The translations under genes and the position numbers were made by a program. Shown piece after piece: positions 40,725 through 52,115 of a stretch of DNA of 64,000 bases (its first letter is position 1; each line of letters begins with the position of its first letter). The DNA comes from Bacillota bacterium (lineage in GTDB: Bacteria > Bacillota > Sulfobacillia > JAJZYS01 > JAJYTV01): assembly GCA_021793645.1 (NCBI GenBank), contig JAJYSJ010000010.1, positions 36,287 to 100,286 of the forward strand, given 5' to 3'. Under the pieces are notes generated by a model. It was not told the DNA's origin. It was given only the letters and a program-made list of their open reading frames with translations, and ran no database searches.

Positions 40725-41669
40725 GTGCCTTTGCGCGCACACGTGCGATCCCGATTGGAATCAATCGAGCAAGCGGCTGCCGATCCCATTCTTGATGTCC
40801 AGGTGCTTCGGGAAGGTCAAAGGCAGCGATTGGCCCGCAAGCCCCCAGGACGTCAACTGTACGACATCAAGGATGTAACCGTTCCGGGGCAAGTCAACGA
40901 TGTGTCGGTGCGCCTTTATTCCCCTTTCCAGGGTCGGTCCCTGCCCCTCCTGATGTATTTTCATGGTGGGGGGTTCAGCATCGGTAACATTGCGGGCCAC
41001 GATGCACTTTGCCGTGAACTGGCTTATGTCCTCGGCTGGACGGTGGCGTCCGTCGAATACCGGTTGGCGCCCGAGCACCCGTTTCCCGCAGGCGTGGAAG
41101 ATTGTTACCTTGCGACCGCCTGGCTTGCCGAGCGGCATTCTGTGTTCGGGGTCGACCCCGACCGCATCGCGGTGGGGGGAGATAGTTCCGGAGGCACGTT
41201 CGCAACGGTCGTTGCCATGATGTGCCGCGACAACCTTGGGCCCAAGATCTCCAAGCAACTGCTTATCTGTCCCAATACCGAGGACCACCGCGCCGGCCAG
41301 CGTGAGTTGCTTCGGGGAGACGACTCTTTCGTGCAGTTCGCACGGGGATATCTCATGGATAGCTCGGCTCTCGAACAGTTCTTGAACTGGTACCTGCCTA
41401 ACCAAGACGACCGCACCCAGGCCTACGCCATTCCAATGCGGTCTGCAGATCTAAGCAATCTCCCTTCGGCACTCGTGCTTACGGCAGAGTGCGATCCCCT
41501 ACGCGACGAAGGAGAGCGCTATGCGGCGCGCCTGAGCGCAGCCGGCGTACCCGTCATGGCGTATCGCGTCGCGGGAACGATCCATGGGTTCATGACCCTC
41601 TTTGGCGACGACACGGATGGAACCGAGGGGATGTCGGTCATCAACAAGTTCCTGAATGGCGAACACTAA
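40725..41669 (+). CDS. alpha/beta hydrolase (HSL-like esterase)
   Basis: HGGGF, YRLAPEHPFP, GDSSGG, DPLRDEG, HGF. Confidence 0.92.
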   Translation: MPLRAHVRSRLESIEQAAADPILDVQVLREGQRQRLARKPPGRQLYDIKDVTVPGQVNDVSVRLYSPFQGRSLPLLMYFHGGGFSIGNIAGHDALCRELAYVLGWTVASVEYRLAPEHPFPAGVEDCYLATAWLAERHSVFGVDPDRIAVGGDSSGGTFATVVAMMCRDNLGPKISKQLLICPNTEDHRAGQRELLRGDDSFVQFARGYLMDSSALEQFLNWYLPNQDDRTQAYAIPMRSADLSNLPSALVLTAECDPLRDEGERYAARLSAAGVPVMAYRVAGTIHGFMTLFGDDTDGTEGMSVINKFLNGEH

Positions 41670-41699
41670 CTTCCGGCGCCCGTGGGTCGACGCCTTTTC

Positions 41700-41942
41700 T
41701 TGTCCTTTCGGAGTACGTTGTTACCAAGCTTCAGCAGGACTTCAATAAAGACGCTCAACAGCGCAATTCGAGATGGCAGTCCGCGTCGGCGGCAGAGGAC
41801 CCTTCCCGAACGAAAGAACGCGCGCAGACGGCTCAGCCTAGTCGACTGCGTAAGCTTCGCCCTCATGATGAGATTGGAAGTCAAAAGCGCGTTCGCATTT
41901 GACGATCACTTCAACGAACAGGGATTTGACGCGAGCCTCTGA
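41700..41942 (+). pseudogene. PIN toxin C-terminal remnant
   Basis: LSLVDCVSFALM......AFAFDDHF...GF; no N-terminal D motif. Confidence 0.65.
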
Positions 41943-42044
41943 CGTTTCTACCTCTTGATAACCTTTCAAGTGGTCGCGACATTGTACGCCCTCGCAGCGT
42001 AGCGAGTCCATTCGCAACGGACTACGCAGGAGACCTTGCACCTC

Positions 42045-42296
42045 TCAGCGGTCATGGAGTTTCGCCCGCGACGCAGGACGAACGCCATTGGTGCCCAAGT
42101 CATATCCCCGCTCTAGCTTTATCAGGGCCACTCGCTGGGCCGCCCCGTAGGGGTTCTCAGGCTCCACGGCATCCGAGAGCAGCGCCGTCAGGAGGCCGGA
42201 TATCGAAGTTCCGCGACGCGCCGCAAGCTCCTTGACATGTTGCAGCAACTCCTTAGGTAACGCCACAGTGACGTTTCGGGTCTCCACTGCGCACAC
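42045..42296 (-). CDS. orphan CopG/RHH antitoxin, paralogue of 21796..22032
   Basis: RNVTVALPKELLQHVKELAARRGTSISGLL...GYDLGT. Confidence 0.7.
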   Translation of the reverse strand: MCAVETRNVTVALPKELLQHVKELAARRGTSISGLLTALLSDAVEPENPYGAAQRVALIKLERGYDLGTNGVRPASRAKLHDR

Positions 42297-42578
42297 CTCA
42301 CTGAGATGTGTAAACCACGCAACTCGGTCGACGGCAGCGCCACCTCGAGATTTGCGATAAGACTTTGACAGGGCTCAAAGCAGATCGATTGTGGACGGAT
42401 CCACCGCACATGATCACCGAGGAAATTCCTGGTTGTGGGGGCCAACGTGTCTCGAAGGCTTGCGCACACTGGTCGGTCTGCTTTCCGGCGGCGCAGCCGC
42501 ATCTCGGTACTGGGCCTTGCGGCCCTTCCACGAAATGACCATAATGACCATAGAGACTACTGGACTGGAGTGAGGCTG

Positions 42579-42830
42579 GTGGCGGGGACGTGGACGGTTG
42601 CTGAGGCCAAGGCGAAGCTTAGCCAAGTGATAGAAAGTGCCAGATCGGACGGCCCGCAGACCATCACGAAGAACGGCCGCACGACCGCGGTGGTGGTCAG
42701 CGTCGAGGAATGGGAACGCAAGGCGCACCGCGTAGGGAACCTCGCTGAGTTCTTTGCCGCGTCGCCGCTGCGCGAGTCAGGAGTGTTTATCGAGCGGCAT
42801 CGGGAACCCTCGAGAGACGCCGGGCTATGA
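42579..42830 (+). CDS. Phd/YefM antitoxin
   Basis: WTVAEAKAKLSQVIE.A...GPQ.ITKNG...AVVVS.EEW; ATGACCATA tandem repeat upstream. Confidence 0.88.
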   Translation: MAGTWTVAEAKAKLSQVIESARSDGPQTITKNGRTTAVVVSVEEWERKAHRVGNLAEFFAASPLRESGVFIERHREPSRDAGL

Positions 42831-43249
42831 ACTTTCTGCTCGACACCAATGTTGTTTCGGAATGGACTAAGCCGACCCCTGATCTTGGCGTCGTCCAATG
42901 GCTTGCGCAGGTCGATGAGGATCGCGTGTTCATAAGCGTGGTAACTCTGGCTGAAATCAGGTACGGAGTGGACCGGATGCCAGTGGGAGCCCGTCGTGAT
43001 CGTCTCAACAAGTGGATTACGGACGAACTACCAATAAGATTTGAGCATCGGATCGCTGCGGTTACACCAGAACTGGCGGATGTTTGGGGCCGACTCTTGG
43101 CCCGAGGACATGCAGTCGGCAGACCGGTCTCTGCAATGGATGCCCTCGTTGCGGCCACCGCAGTTCACCATGAACTTTTGTTGGTCACGCGAAACGTGTC
43201 CGACTTCAAGGCACTCGACGTTCCCCTAGTAAACCCCTGGAGTCTTTGA
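42827..43249 (+). CDS. VapC PIN toxin
   Basis: FLLDTNVVSE, SVVTLAEI, DALVAATA, LVTRN..DF, NPW. Confidence 0.92.
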   Translation: MNFLLDTNVVSEWTKPTPDLGVVQWLAQVDEDRVFISVVTLAEIRYGVDRMPVGARRDRLNKWITDELPIRFEHRIAAVTPELADVWGRLLARGHAVGRPVSAMDALVAATAVHHELLLVTRNVSDFKALDVPLVNPWSL

Positions 43250-43442
43250 ACGCATCAAACTCAACTGGTCGTCCACTACGACCAGCTTCGGCAGAGAAGG
43301 GAGTCCGGACCTGTCGGCAGCATCCGGTCGTAGGCGGCTGCCGGTTGGCGAGTCCTTCCAATCAAGGGCTCATTGCTTGCAAAAGCTGGGTTCGGTACGA
43401 CAGAATGTATTCAACACTAGTGCACGGTGGGAGGGAGATTGT

Positions 43443-44141
43443 GTGAGGCGACATCTGTCCCTTGCGAGACGGCTGATAAGGAGGCCCATATTCTGGATTT
43501 TCATGGCGGTGGATGTTTTTGTCGTGATCCCTATCCTGTCTTGGCTGGACGGGATCGCTTCTCATGCAGGCCCTACTCATGTGTCGGCGATGATTCTAGC
43601 GGATCTCGGACAGTTCATTTTATACCTGCTGTGTGCGGCGCTGCCGGCGGTAGCGGTGCTCGCTCTGAGTGATCAGCGAACAACCTTTGTAGGGCTGTCG
43701 TACGGGATATTGTCCTCAATGGGAATGGGAGTCATTCAATGCGTAATCGTTCTCGCCACCGGGTCTGCTGCGGCTGCGGCCGCGTGGGCAGTTGTTGGAG
43801 AAACGCTAAACAATCTAATCGGTCCGGTGCCGGTGACAGTCGCGGCTGTCGTAACGGTGCTTATCGGAGTTTGGTCCGCCTACAACGTGGTTGAGGCAGC
43901 TCGCAGCGGTATAGCCGCTTCCTTTAGAATCGTCACAACACACCTGAGAGGGAACGTCCTTGGGTGGTTTGTTCCCGGGCTCGTCGTTTTCCTGTTGGCG
44001 GTTGGTTGGATGCAGATGATGCCCATTCGCCCCGGTTGGCCGTCGCAACTCTCGTTAGTATGGGGCTTCCTGCTGTTTGCATGGATTGCAGCCGGTCACG
44101 CTGAGTTTCCTGACGGCCAGGCTTTGTCCGAGTCGCTATGA
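43443..44141 (+). CDS. multi-pass membrane protein
   Basis: about 6 hydrophobic segments; RBS GGGAGG. Confidence 0.55.
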   Translation: MRRHLSLARRLIRRPIFWIFMAVDVFVVIPILSWLDGIASHAGPTHVSAMILADLGQFILYLLCAALPAVAVLALSDQRTTFVGLSYGILSSMGMGVIQCVIVLATGSAAAAAAWAVVGETLNNLIGPVPVTVAAVVTVLIGVWSAYNVVEAARSGIAASFRIVTTHLRGNVLGWFVPGLVVFLLAVGWMQMMPIRPGWPSQLSLVWGFLLFAWIAAGHAEFPDGQALSESL

Positions 44142-44256
44142 ACGCGCGTCCCGAGTCTCCTGACCCTGGATGGGTCAGGAGACTCCGATTTCGCGCAGGC
44201 GGCATAGCAAAGCCTTAGGCACTACCTCCGCCTAATTGGCCATATGCTGCACGAGA

Positions 44257-45540
44257 CTAGGCGGCCACTTGAAGACGATGGTCGCAAAGGGCGGCTGGCC
44301 GCTTCCCGAGAGGGCGTTTCGATAGAGGCCGACCTGGAACGGGTGGCTCCCGCTGAGGTTGTCGGCGAAGAGTGCGAACGTCCAGGTACTTGCCATCCGG
44401 CTGCGGGTAGGAAGCATCCCTGCCGCCCATGACCATCTCCGCGTTGACGTCGGGATGGTTCGGCCAACGCCCTCCGGGGAAGGTCCCGCCGGTCGCCACC
44501 ATCAGGTTCGCGATTGCGCCACCGGCGAAGAAGCCCCGCTCGAATGACTGGCGCATGTTGCGCGCGGCGTAGAGTTCGCGCCCGATCACCGACGCCTTGA
44601 CGCGCTCTTCGTAGGCGGAGAAATCCGCGCTTTCGTTCTTGAGCTGCTCGAAGATGGTCTCCGCGGCGTAGGTGCCGGAGTGGATGGCGTAGTGGATCCC
44701 CTTGTGGTTCGGCACGTTGACCATGCCGACGGTGTCCCCGCAGAGCACCATTCCTGGCGCGGTGAGCTTCGGCATCGACCAGAAGCCGCCCTCGGGGATC
44801 ACCTTGGCACCCCAGGCGATGCGCTCGCCGCCCTCAAGGATGCCGCGCACGAGCTCAGAGGTCTTGCGTCGGTGTAGCCAAGTCCCACGACGAAGCCCAG
44901 AGAGACCTTGTCCTTACCCATTGGGTACATCCAGGAGCCGCCAAATTCCCGCCACTTCGCCGCGTAGCGCAAGGGCCAGCCGAGCGTATGGATCACACGT
45001 CGAGGGGCCGTTGGACGGACCAGACCTCCTTGACGCCCAGTGCCCACGTCTGCGGCTCGCGTCCCGCCGCGAGGTGGAATTCGTCGATCGCGGCGCGGCT
45101 GAGATGTCGCCTGCGCCACGATGTCGACTCCCGGCTCGAAGTTCCCGGAAGACTTTCCGTCCCTGCCGCGGCCCTTGTCACCGGAATGGACGCCCCGCAC
45201 CGCGCCGTCCGCGGCGAGCAGCTGCTGGCCCGCGGTCTCGGTCAGGATGTAGGCGCCAAGCTCCTCCGCCTTCTCGGAGAGCCAGCGCGAGAGTTCCGAC
45301 ACGCTCACTACGTAGTTGCCGTGGTTGCGGACCGTCGGTGGCGTGGGACGCAGCTGCAACTGGGAGCTTTCGCCGATCATCCAGTAGACGCTGTCTTGCT
45401 CGACCTTGCCGTAGGTCGGTCATGGGTCCGTGACGGCGTCACCTGGCCGGGCGAGGACGCGGCCGAAGCACTGCCGCGCGTGGACCTCCCGCCGTCTGGA
45501 CTGCTACGCCGCAGAGCGCGCGCTGGAACCGGGGTCGCCG
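44257..45540 (-). pseudogene. ETF-ubiquinone oxidoreductase/FixC-like, multiply frameshifted and deleted
   Basis: NHGNYVVSVSEL..WL...AEELG, GVKEVW, HTLGWPL, GGSWMY, GAKVIPEGG, KGIHYAI.SG in different frames. Confidence 0.8.
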
Positions 45541-45612
45541 GAGGCCGAGCCGACGCGCACTTATGTCATTTCGAGAATAGGCTGTAGGAGCACGCCCGCT
45601 AGGAGGAACATT

Positions 45613-46815
45613 ATGGCGCGTTTCGAGGACACGTTTCCCCCGTACGAGGCCTTCGGCAGCCGCACGCTGTCCCTGCAGTCGCCGAACCTGCGCGGCACCG
45701 ATGTGGCGGTCGCGCAGGCGGTCTACAACCTCATGTTGAGATCGATGAACCCGCCCGAGGGCCCGATGGGGAGTCCCATCACGGTGGACGGCATCTTCGG
45801 TCCGCAGACCCAGGGGGCAGTGCGCAACATCCAGTCCTACTTCGGCCTCTCCACCGACGGTATCATCGGGCCCAACACATACTTCGTCTACGGCCAGGGC
45901 GTCGGCCCGAACACCACCTACGGCGGACCGGTGTACGGCAGCCGCAGCCTCAGCCAGGGGATGAGCGGCGGTGACGTGACGATCCTGCAGAACCGGCTGA
46001 ACTGCTTTCGCTACGCGTTCCTGATCGGTCATCCCGCCGACGGCAGCTTCGACGCGGCGACTTCCCAGGCCGTGCTCGCGTTCAAGAGGGATGCTGCCAA
46101 CAACGGCGACACAGGCTTCCCGTCCAATGCAACCGTGGGCGACGGGACGTACGACGCGAGCTGGCTCTACACGTTCGCGGGCGGACGCGCGATCCAGACT
46201 GGACGCAACGGCTTCGACGTCGTGTTCCTGCAGACCATCCTGCAGCGGCTCGGGTACTACGGCGGGCGAGTGCACGGATACTACGACGCAGCCACGCGCG
46301 CGGCCGTGGTCTCGTTCCAGGGTGCGAACGGGATCGCGACGGACGGCGTCGTGGGGCCGATGACGTTCTTCAAGATCGGCCAGCACAACCCGCTGGCGGC
46401 ACCTGGGCCGCTTGGGATCGCGTGGCCCGCGGTGCAGGAGGAGCCCGCACCGGCGCCCGCCTATAGCGACTGCGCGACGGCGCTCACGCCGGAGTTCGTG
46501 CCCGGCGGATCGCTCTGGCTTCGCCAGGGACCCGACCATGAGGCGACGGTCATCGTCACGGGCATCAACCTGCCGAGCCCGGCGACCTTCGGCCCCGCCT
46601 ACGACCGCTATTGGTACACGATCGAGGGCGAACTCGTGCGCCAGATGGTCGAGGTGGAGGAAGCCTTTGCGATGTGGCAGGGCGTGCATACCGGGACGGA
46701 CGTGGTCCTGCCCTTCCCACCCAGCGCGAGGATCTTTGTGCAGGTCGGGGACCACGCGGCGCCGACGGGACCGGTGGTACTCAGTGGCACGGTGGCGGAC
46801 TGCACCGGATCGTAG
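45613..46815 (+). CDS. multi peptidoglycan-binding-domain protein
   Basis: three PG_binding_1-like repeats (DGIFGPQT..AV..IQ, G.DV..LQ..L, DGVVGP.T); RBS AGGAGG. Confidence 0.85.
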   Translation: MARFEDTFPPYEAFGSRTLSLQSPNLRGTDVAVAQAVYNLMLRSMNPPEGPMGSPITVDGIFGPQTQGAVRNIQSYFGLSTDGIIGPNTYFVYGQGVGPNTTYGGPVYGSRSLSQGMSGGDVTILQNRLNCFRYAFLIGHPADGSFDAATSQAVLAFKRDAANNGDTGFPSNATVGDGTYDASWLYTFAGGRAIQTGRNGFDVVFLQTILQRLGYYGGRVHGYYDAATRAAVVSFQGANGIATDGVVGPMTFFKIGQHNPLAAPGPLGIAWPAVQEEPAPAPAYSDCATALTPEFVPGGSLWLRQGPDHEATVIVTGINLPSPATFGPAYDRYWYTIEGELVRQMVEVEEAFAMWQGVHTGTDVVLPFPPSARIFVQVGDHAAPTGPVVLSGTVADCTGS

Positions 46816-46978
46816 CGGCTTCGTCTTCCGTGACCTTCGGGCGATCTCCCCGAGGCGGCGCCGATGCCGACCAGCTAAACCTATCCTCGGCGCCCAACGG
46901 GAGCGGACGCCTCAGCCGTTAAAGGACAGCAGGAGCGCCGCCGTGTGGTGGCGCTCCTGCTTGATCTGCAAAGTGACT

Positions 46979-47891
46979 TTAGTCTGCCGCAGAGATCTGT
47001 AGCCGACGGACCGGCAGGAGGCTCCAGATTGTCCTGGTAGCCACCAGTGCCCAGAATGTGGCCAATAGAAGGAAGAAGGCGATCGCGAAGCCCCCGAGGA
47101 GGGGGACCTTCAGCGCGGCGTAGAGGAAGTTGGTTCTTGCGGTGAAGACGCCGAGGGGGAACGTGAGTCCCCACCACCAGAGGTTGAAGGGGAGCCCGTG
47201 ACGTACATAGTGCCCTGTGAACAGCAGGCTCATGACGAGCCACCAGATTCCAAAGCCCCAGAGCGCCAAGAGCCAAGAGGACTGCGCCCCCGTACATGCC
47301 GTGGCCGACGGCGCCGAAGAGGAGCGGCATCTGCCGAAGCCCCATGACGCCCGTGCCCAGCGTACCAAGAGAGATCCAGGTGGAGATGGCCATCTCGTTT
47401 GTTGGCAGTTTGTGCAGCACGAGGCGCCAGAACAGCACACCGAGGATCAGGAAGGCGATGGGAACGCTGAGGGCCCACTGCACCATGCTCAGGATGGTCA
47501 GGGTCCGCTCCAATCCAAGCGCGTGCAACTTTACCTGCACCGTGGGGAACCGGCGGCGGAATGCCCCCAGCAGGCGCGGAAGGAAGACCTCCATCACGGT
47601 GTGGGAGGCCGCGATGTGCACTGCGTGCTCGCCCGCAGCGACACGGTGTACGTCTCGGAAGGCAAGTCTCCAATCTGCCTCGATGCTTTCCGCGTACTTG
47701 CGAAGGACCTCGCCAGCGGGGGAGAGCTTGGCCCCCCGATTCGTGCGGGTAAAAAGCTGCGTGCCAAAGTCGGCATCGAGCGAGGAGATCTGCTGGCTCA
47801 CGTTTGACACCGACATATTGATCTGGCGAGCGGCCTCGGTCAGTTGCCCTTCGCGTGCGACCGCTAGAAACACCATGAGACGGGGGTCCAG
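46979..47891 (-). pseudogene. LysR regulator N-terminus joined to a TDT (SLAC1-family) transporter C-terminal remnant
   Basis: LMVFLAVAREG..TEAA...S.QI..L..LF.RTNR then WISLG.LG and FNLWWWGLTFPLG. Confidence 0.7.
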
Positions 47892-48184
47892 TAGGGTTCC
47901 TTCCTCGAGATGTTCCGCCCGGCGGTATCTCACCTGCCCGAGCAGACGCGCTCCAAGCCGTGTCTCGGCGGTGGAGACATTATACGCAATGTGAATGGTC
48001 CACCTCGGGTGGAGAGTGCACAGAGGGCCCGCAGACTTCCAACGCCGAAGGTAGAAGCCGTTCGCAGGGCCGGTACCCAACATGGCGCCTACACGATAGG
48101 AAAAGCGGCAAGCCGGAAAGAACTGTGTCCCCTCGCAGCCAAGCGGAGAGGTGCAGCTGTCAGCGACATGGCAGCCGCTGCAGA

Positions 48185-49471
48185 ATGGCGGGGGGAATTT
48201 GGTTGGACATCCTACTCCCGTTCCGACTGCTGAGAAGCAATCGCAATTTGCGGAACCTTTGGCTAGGAGAGACGATCTCCTACTTTGGGGACAACTTCTA
48301 CAGCATTGCGATCATGTGGTATGTGTTTCAGCTGACGGGCTCGGGTCTGCAGATGGGACTGGTGCTCGTCTCGTCGTTCGTGCCACAGGTCGTCGCAGGT
48401 CCTCTGCTTGGAACCCTGTCAGACCGCTGGAACCGCAAGGCAATGATGCGGTCGGCAAGTGTGATTCAAGCCCTTCTCACAGGACTTCTTGCGAGCCTCA
48501 TCTACGCTCGCGCCGCAGATATGCCGCTCATCTATGTGATCACGATTGCCTTGTCGGTCGTCGAACTGGCCTACAGGCCGGCGCGTGCGGGGATGTTTCC
48601 TGATCTTGTAGACGCTGCCGATCTGATGGCCGGCAATGCCCTCTTTAGCACGTCGCAGCAGGTTGCGAGGATCGTCGGGTCGAGTCTAGGCGGGCTCTTT
48701 GTGGCATTCGCCGGCGTTTCCACCGCCGTCGGCTTCGACGCCATCACGTTTCTCGCATCCGCCGCGTTCCTCCAGTGGGTTGTGCACACGCCCGTGCGTG
48801 CAGTCGAGTCGGAACCGCAGGGCCAGCGATCTTCGTTCGTCGCGGAGTTGCACGGCGGGTAGGCCTGGCTCGGGCGACAAAAGGCGCTTTTGGTACTCCT
48901 CGGTATCGCAACCGTCAGTAATATCGCCCTTGGGCCGACGAACGTGCTGGCGCCGATGCTGATCCGTCGCGTGATGCACGCCGGCGCAGGGGCGCTTGGT
49001 GTTTTCGATTCCAGTATTGGAGCCGGCCTGCTCCTTGGCGGCCTCGTGATGGGCGCTGTGCCGCCGCGGAAGGTCGGCCTCCTGTTCGCGTTCGGGATCG
49101 GGCTCGAGGGACTGGCGATGGGCGTTGTGGCCGTGAGTCACAGCCTGCTTTTGGCCTACGCCGGGAACTTTGTTCTAGGGCTGGGCGTCATCGTAGCGAA
49201 CCTGCCGACGTCAACCATGTTCCAGGCGCTCGTGCCGAGCGAGTTGCGCGGACGGGTCGGTTCGATCGCCGGCATGCTCTCTAGTGTCGCCATCCCGATC
49301 ACCTACGGCGGCGTCGGCATCCTGGGGGACGCAGTGGGCGCGCGATGGAGCTACGGACTCGGTGCCATCCTGCTTGCGGCAGGGATGGCCGCAGGGATGC
49401 TCAACGGCCCCCTGCGCCGGCTGTCGCTTGCGGGAGCGCAACCCGCGGGAAGTGCGATGGAGCCTGGGTAG
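48185..49471 (+). pseudogene. MFS transporter (H+ antiporter-like) with in-frame TAG at 48860
   Basis: LWLGETISYFGD, GTLSDRWNRK, LRGRV; both halves in the same frame. Confidence 0.8.
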
Positions 49472-49532
49472 GCGAAGATCCCAGAACGCTAGTCGGGCCG
49501 GACAACAAGGTGATGTGGCGGAGGTGGAATAG

Positions 49533-50114
49533 GTGGGTTCGTACGAGGGTGGGGTGACGCCCGAGCGCATGTTCGGGAGGCAAGAGCAGAAGGGCCACGT
49601 GGTGCGGGAAGTCCTCGGAGAGCTTGGACTCTTTGCCGGCGACGAGGTCCTGGACGTAGGGTCCGGGCCGGGTTTCGCGAGCCTCTTGGCATCAGAGCGC
49701 GTGGGTCCGACGGGGAAGGTGTGGGCGCTGGACGTCGAGCCTGCACCGCTTGCGTTCTTGCAAGACCGCGCGAAGGAGATCGACTGGCTGCACGTCGTGG
49801 AGGGCGACGCAGCAGACTTTGCGCTTCCCTCCGATGGTGTGCGGCGGTTTCTTCTCACAGATGTCCTGCACGATGTCGCCGACGCGAGGGCGGTGCTGCA
49901 CCACCTTGCCAAGGTGCTGCCGCAGGGTGCGCGTGGCGTCGTCAGCGACTACCTGCCGGTCGAGCAGAAGTGGTTCGGACCGGATCCCCGCAGGCGCATT
50001 CCCGAGGAACGCGTGCAGGAGTGGCTCGGTGAGGTGGGCTTCACGATCCTCAAGACATGGCACCCGCCGGACGAGCACTACGCATTCCTTGTGGAGGTAC
50101 AGGGCAAGGGCTAG
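49533..50114 (+). CDS. SAM-dependent methyltransferase
   Basis: VLDVGSGPG, VGPTGKVWALD, GP..RRI. Confidence 0.85.
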   Translation: MGSYEGGVTPERMFGRQEQKGHVVREVLGELGLFAGDEVLDVGSGPGFASLLASERVGPTGKVWALDVEPAPLAFLQDRAKEIDWLHVVEGDAADFALPSDGVRRFLLTDVLHDVADARAVLHHLAKVLPQGARGVVSDYLPVEQKWFGPDPRRRIPEERVQEWLGEVGFTILKTWHPPDEHYAFLVEVQGKG

Positions 50115-50146
50115 AGCGTAGAGCTCGCGGGGAAGGACGTGACCTA

Positions 50147-50506
50147 GTGGATCACAAGATGTTCATCGAGGTCGGGACGGGGATCGACCTTCACGGCCAG
50201 GATGTCACGAGGGCGTGCCTCAGGGCGTGCCGGGACGCGATCGGGCGCAATTCGATGCCCGGCATGCGAGAGGTGCTTCCCGGAGGCGACTTCTCTCGGC
50301 AGAAGGTCGAGGTGACGTTGGGCGTCCCCTACCACCAGGAGGAAGTGAACCTGGAAGCCGTGCGCGAGTCGTTCCCCTACGGAGAAGTCAGCGTACAGGT
50401 CGTGCAGGGAGGACTGCTGGCGAGCAGCGGCGTCCTCCTTCCCGACCAGGGCGACGACAGCGAAAAGATGGTCATCGTCAACGCCGTTGTCGTCGTTGGC
50501 TACTGA
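50147..50506 (+). CDS. Lin0512 family protein
   Basis: IEVGTGIDLHGQDVT.A..RA..DAI..NS, FPYG, GGL, VNAVV.VG. Confidence 0.85.
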   Translation: MDHKMFIEVGTGIDLHGQDVTRACLRACRDAIGRNSMPGMREVLPGGDFSRQKVEVTLGVPYHQEEVNLEAVRESFPYGEVSVQVVQGGLLASSGVLLPDQGDDSEKMVIVNAVVVVGY

Positions 50507-50740
50507 AGAGGAGGGAGACGGCCAGCTCTCTGGAGGGTTCAAACTAGCCAAGCCCAATGTAGACCCGCTCCTCCCATCGAGGACGGAACATCTCGTCATG
50601 CAGATCGCATCGAGAAAGAGGGAAATGTTGACAAAATCGTCGTTGTCCGCGCCGTTGCCCCAAAGCAGCAGACCGCTGCCAGCGCCGCGGCGACGTCGCT
50701 CGTCTACAGCAGCGCGACCGCACACTATGGCAATCTCTCG

Positions 50741-51810
50741 GTGAACGTTAGCGGCAGCGGCGTCGTCCAAGCCGCGAGCGCCATCGGCGTGGCGGCGTCC
50801 GAGACCGGCACCGTCAGACCGGTTGCAGTCGCGGTAGGAAGTTCGGTGAAGGCTGGGCAGGTGCTCGCCAACGTTACGGACCAAGGCGCCCTCGAGGGGA
50901 ACCTCCTGACGGCGGAGGCCCAGCTTGCAGCGGACGAGGCATCGCTCAGCGCCTTGACCCCTTCCCCCGCGCAGATCAAGGCGCAGGAGCAGAGCGTGCA
51001 GGCGGACGGCTCCAGCCGCGTAGCGCTCTTCCCGGTGACGCTGCGGATCGAGAATCCGCCGACTGGCCTGCGCCAGGGACGTCGCTTGCGAGGCCGATGT
51101 TCGTGATGACCCCCTGCATGGTGCCCTGGTCCAGCGTTCAGACCTGGGCTCCTACCCCGATGCTGAGGTTCGGCAGGTCGATCGAGGGAACGGAGACGGT
51201 CACCTCCGCACTGCCGGTCTTCACCACCTGAAAGAGCGGCGTCCCCGCACCGACCACCTGACCTGGGGTGACATCGACGGTCGAAATGGTGCCGGAGATC
51301 GGCGCGCTGACCGTCATGTCCGCGATGCTCTGCTGGTCCGCCTGTGCCCGAGATCTCGATCGCCCAGGTGCAGGTCGGGCAGCATGCCACCATCACGGCG
51401 GATGCGCTGCCCTGCCAGACGTTCGCGGGCAACGTGTCCGAGATCGCGCCGGCAGGAGCCGTCAGCCAGGGCGTCGCCACCTTCAACGTCACGATCGATG
51501 TCACGAACACAGGAGCCCTGCGCGCCGGATGTCCGCGAACGCCGTCATCGACATCGCGCGGCTCCACCACGTCCTGCTCATCCCCGTCGAGTCGCTGGCC
51601 GGGTATGGCCGCAAGACAACCGTGCAGGTACTCTCACACGGCCTGCCGGTGGTCCGCCACGTGACCGTCGGCCTCTCCAACGACCTCGAGGCCCAGATCA
51701 CCAGCGGGCTCAAACCGGGAACCCGGGTGATCACGGCGAAGGCCTCGCAGGGGGTCCTGCCATTCGTCTCGAGTTCGGGCAGCGGAGGCAGGAGCGGAGG
51801 AGGGTCCTGA
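50741..51810 (+). pseudogene. efflux RND/MFP adaptor subunit(s), scrambled
   Basis: GTV..V.V..G..VKAGQVLA; VQVGQ.ATIT.DA; V.VGLSND...QITSGL..G; internal inverted segment. Confidence 0.75.
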
Positions 51811-51811
51811 G

Positions 51812-52115
51812 GTGACGGACGTCATCCAGGTCATCGACCTTCAGCGGTCCTATCGGATGGGCAGCGTCGAGGTGGCGGCGCTGCGGGCCGTCAACTTCCG
51901 CATTGGCGTTGGCGAGATGGTCGCGATCATGGGACCTCGGGCTCCGGCAAGTCGACGCTCCTGAACCTCCTCGGCTGTCTCGACCGCCCGACGGGCGGCC
52001 ACTACCTCCTCGCCGGTGAGGACGTCGGACGGAAGACGAGCGACGAGCTCGCGGAGATCCGCAATACGCCATCGGGTTCGTGTTCCAGAACTACAACCTG
52101 CTGCCGGGCTGGCGA
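51812..52115 (+). pseudogene. MacB/LolD-type ABC ATPase N-terminal remnant
   Basis: Y.MG.VEV.ALR...GEMVAIMG / [19 protein letters not shown] / [11 protein letters not shown] across frameshifts. Confidence 0.8.
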
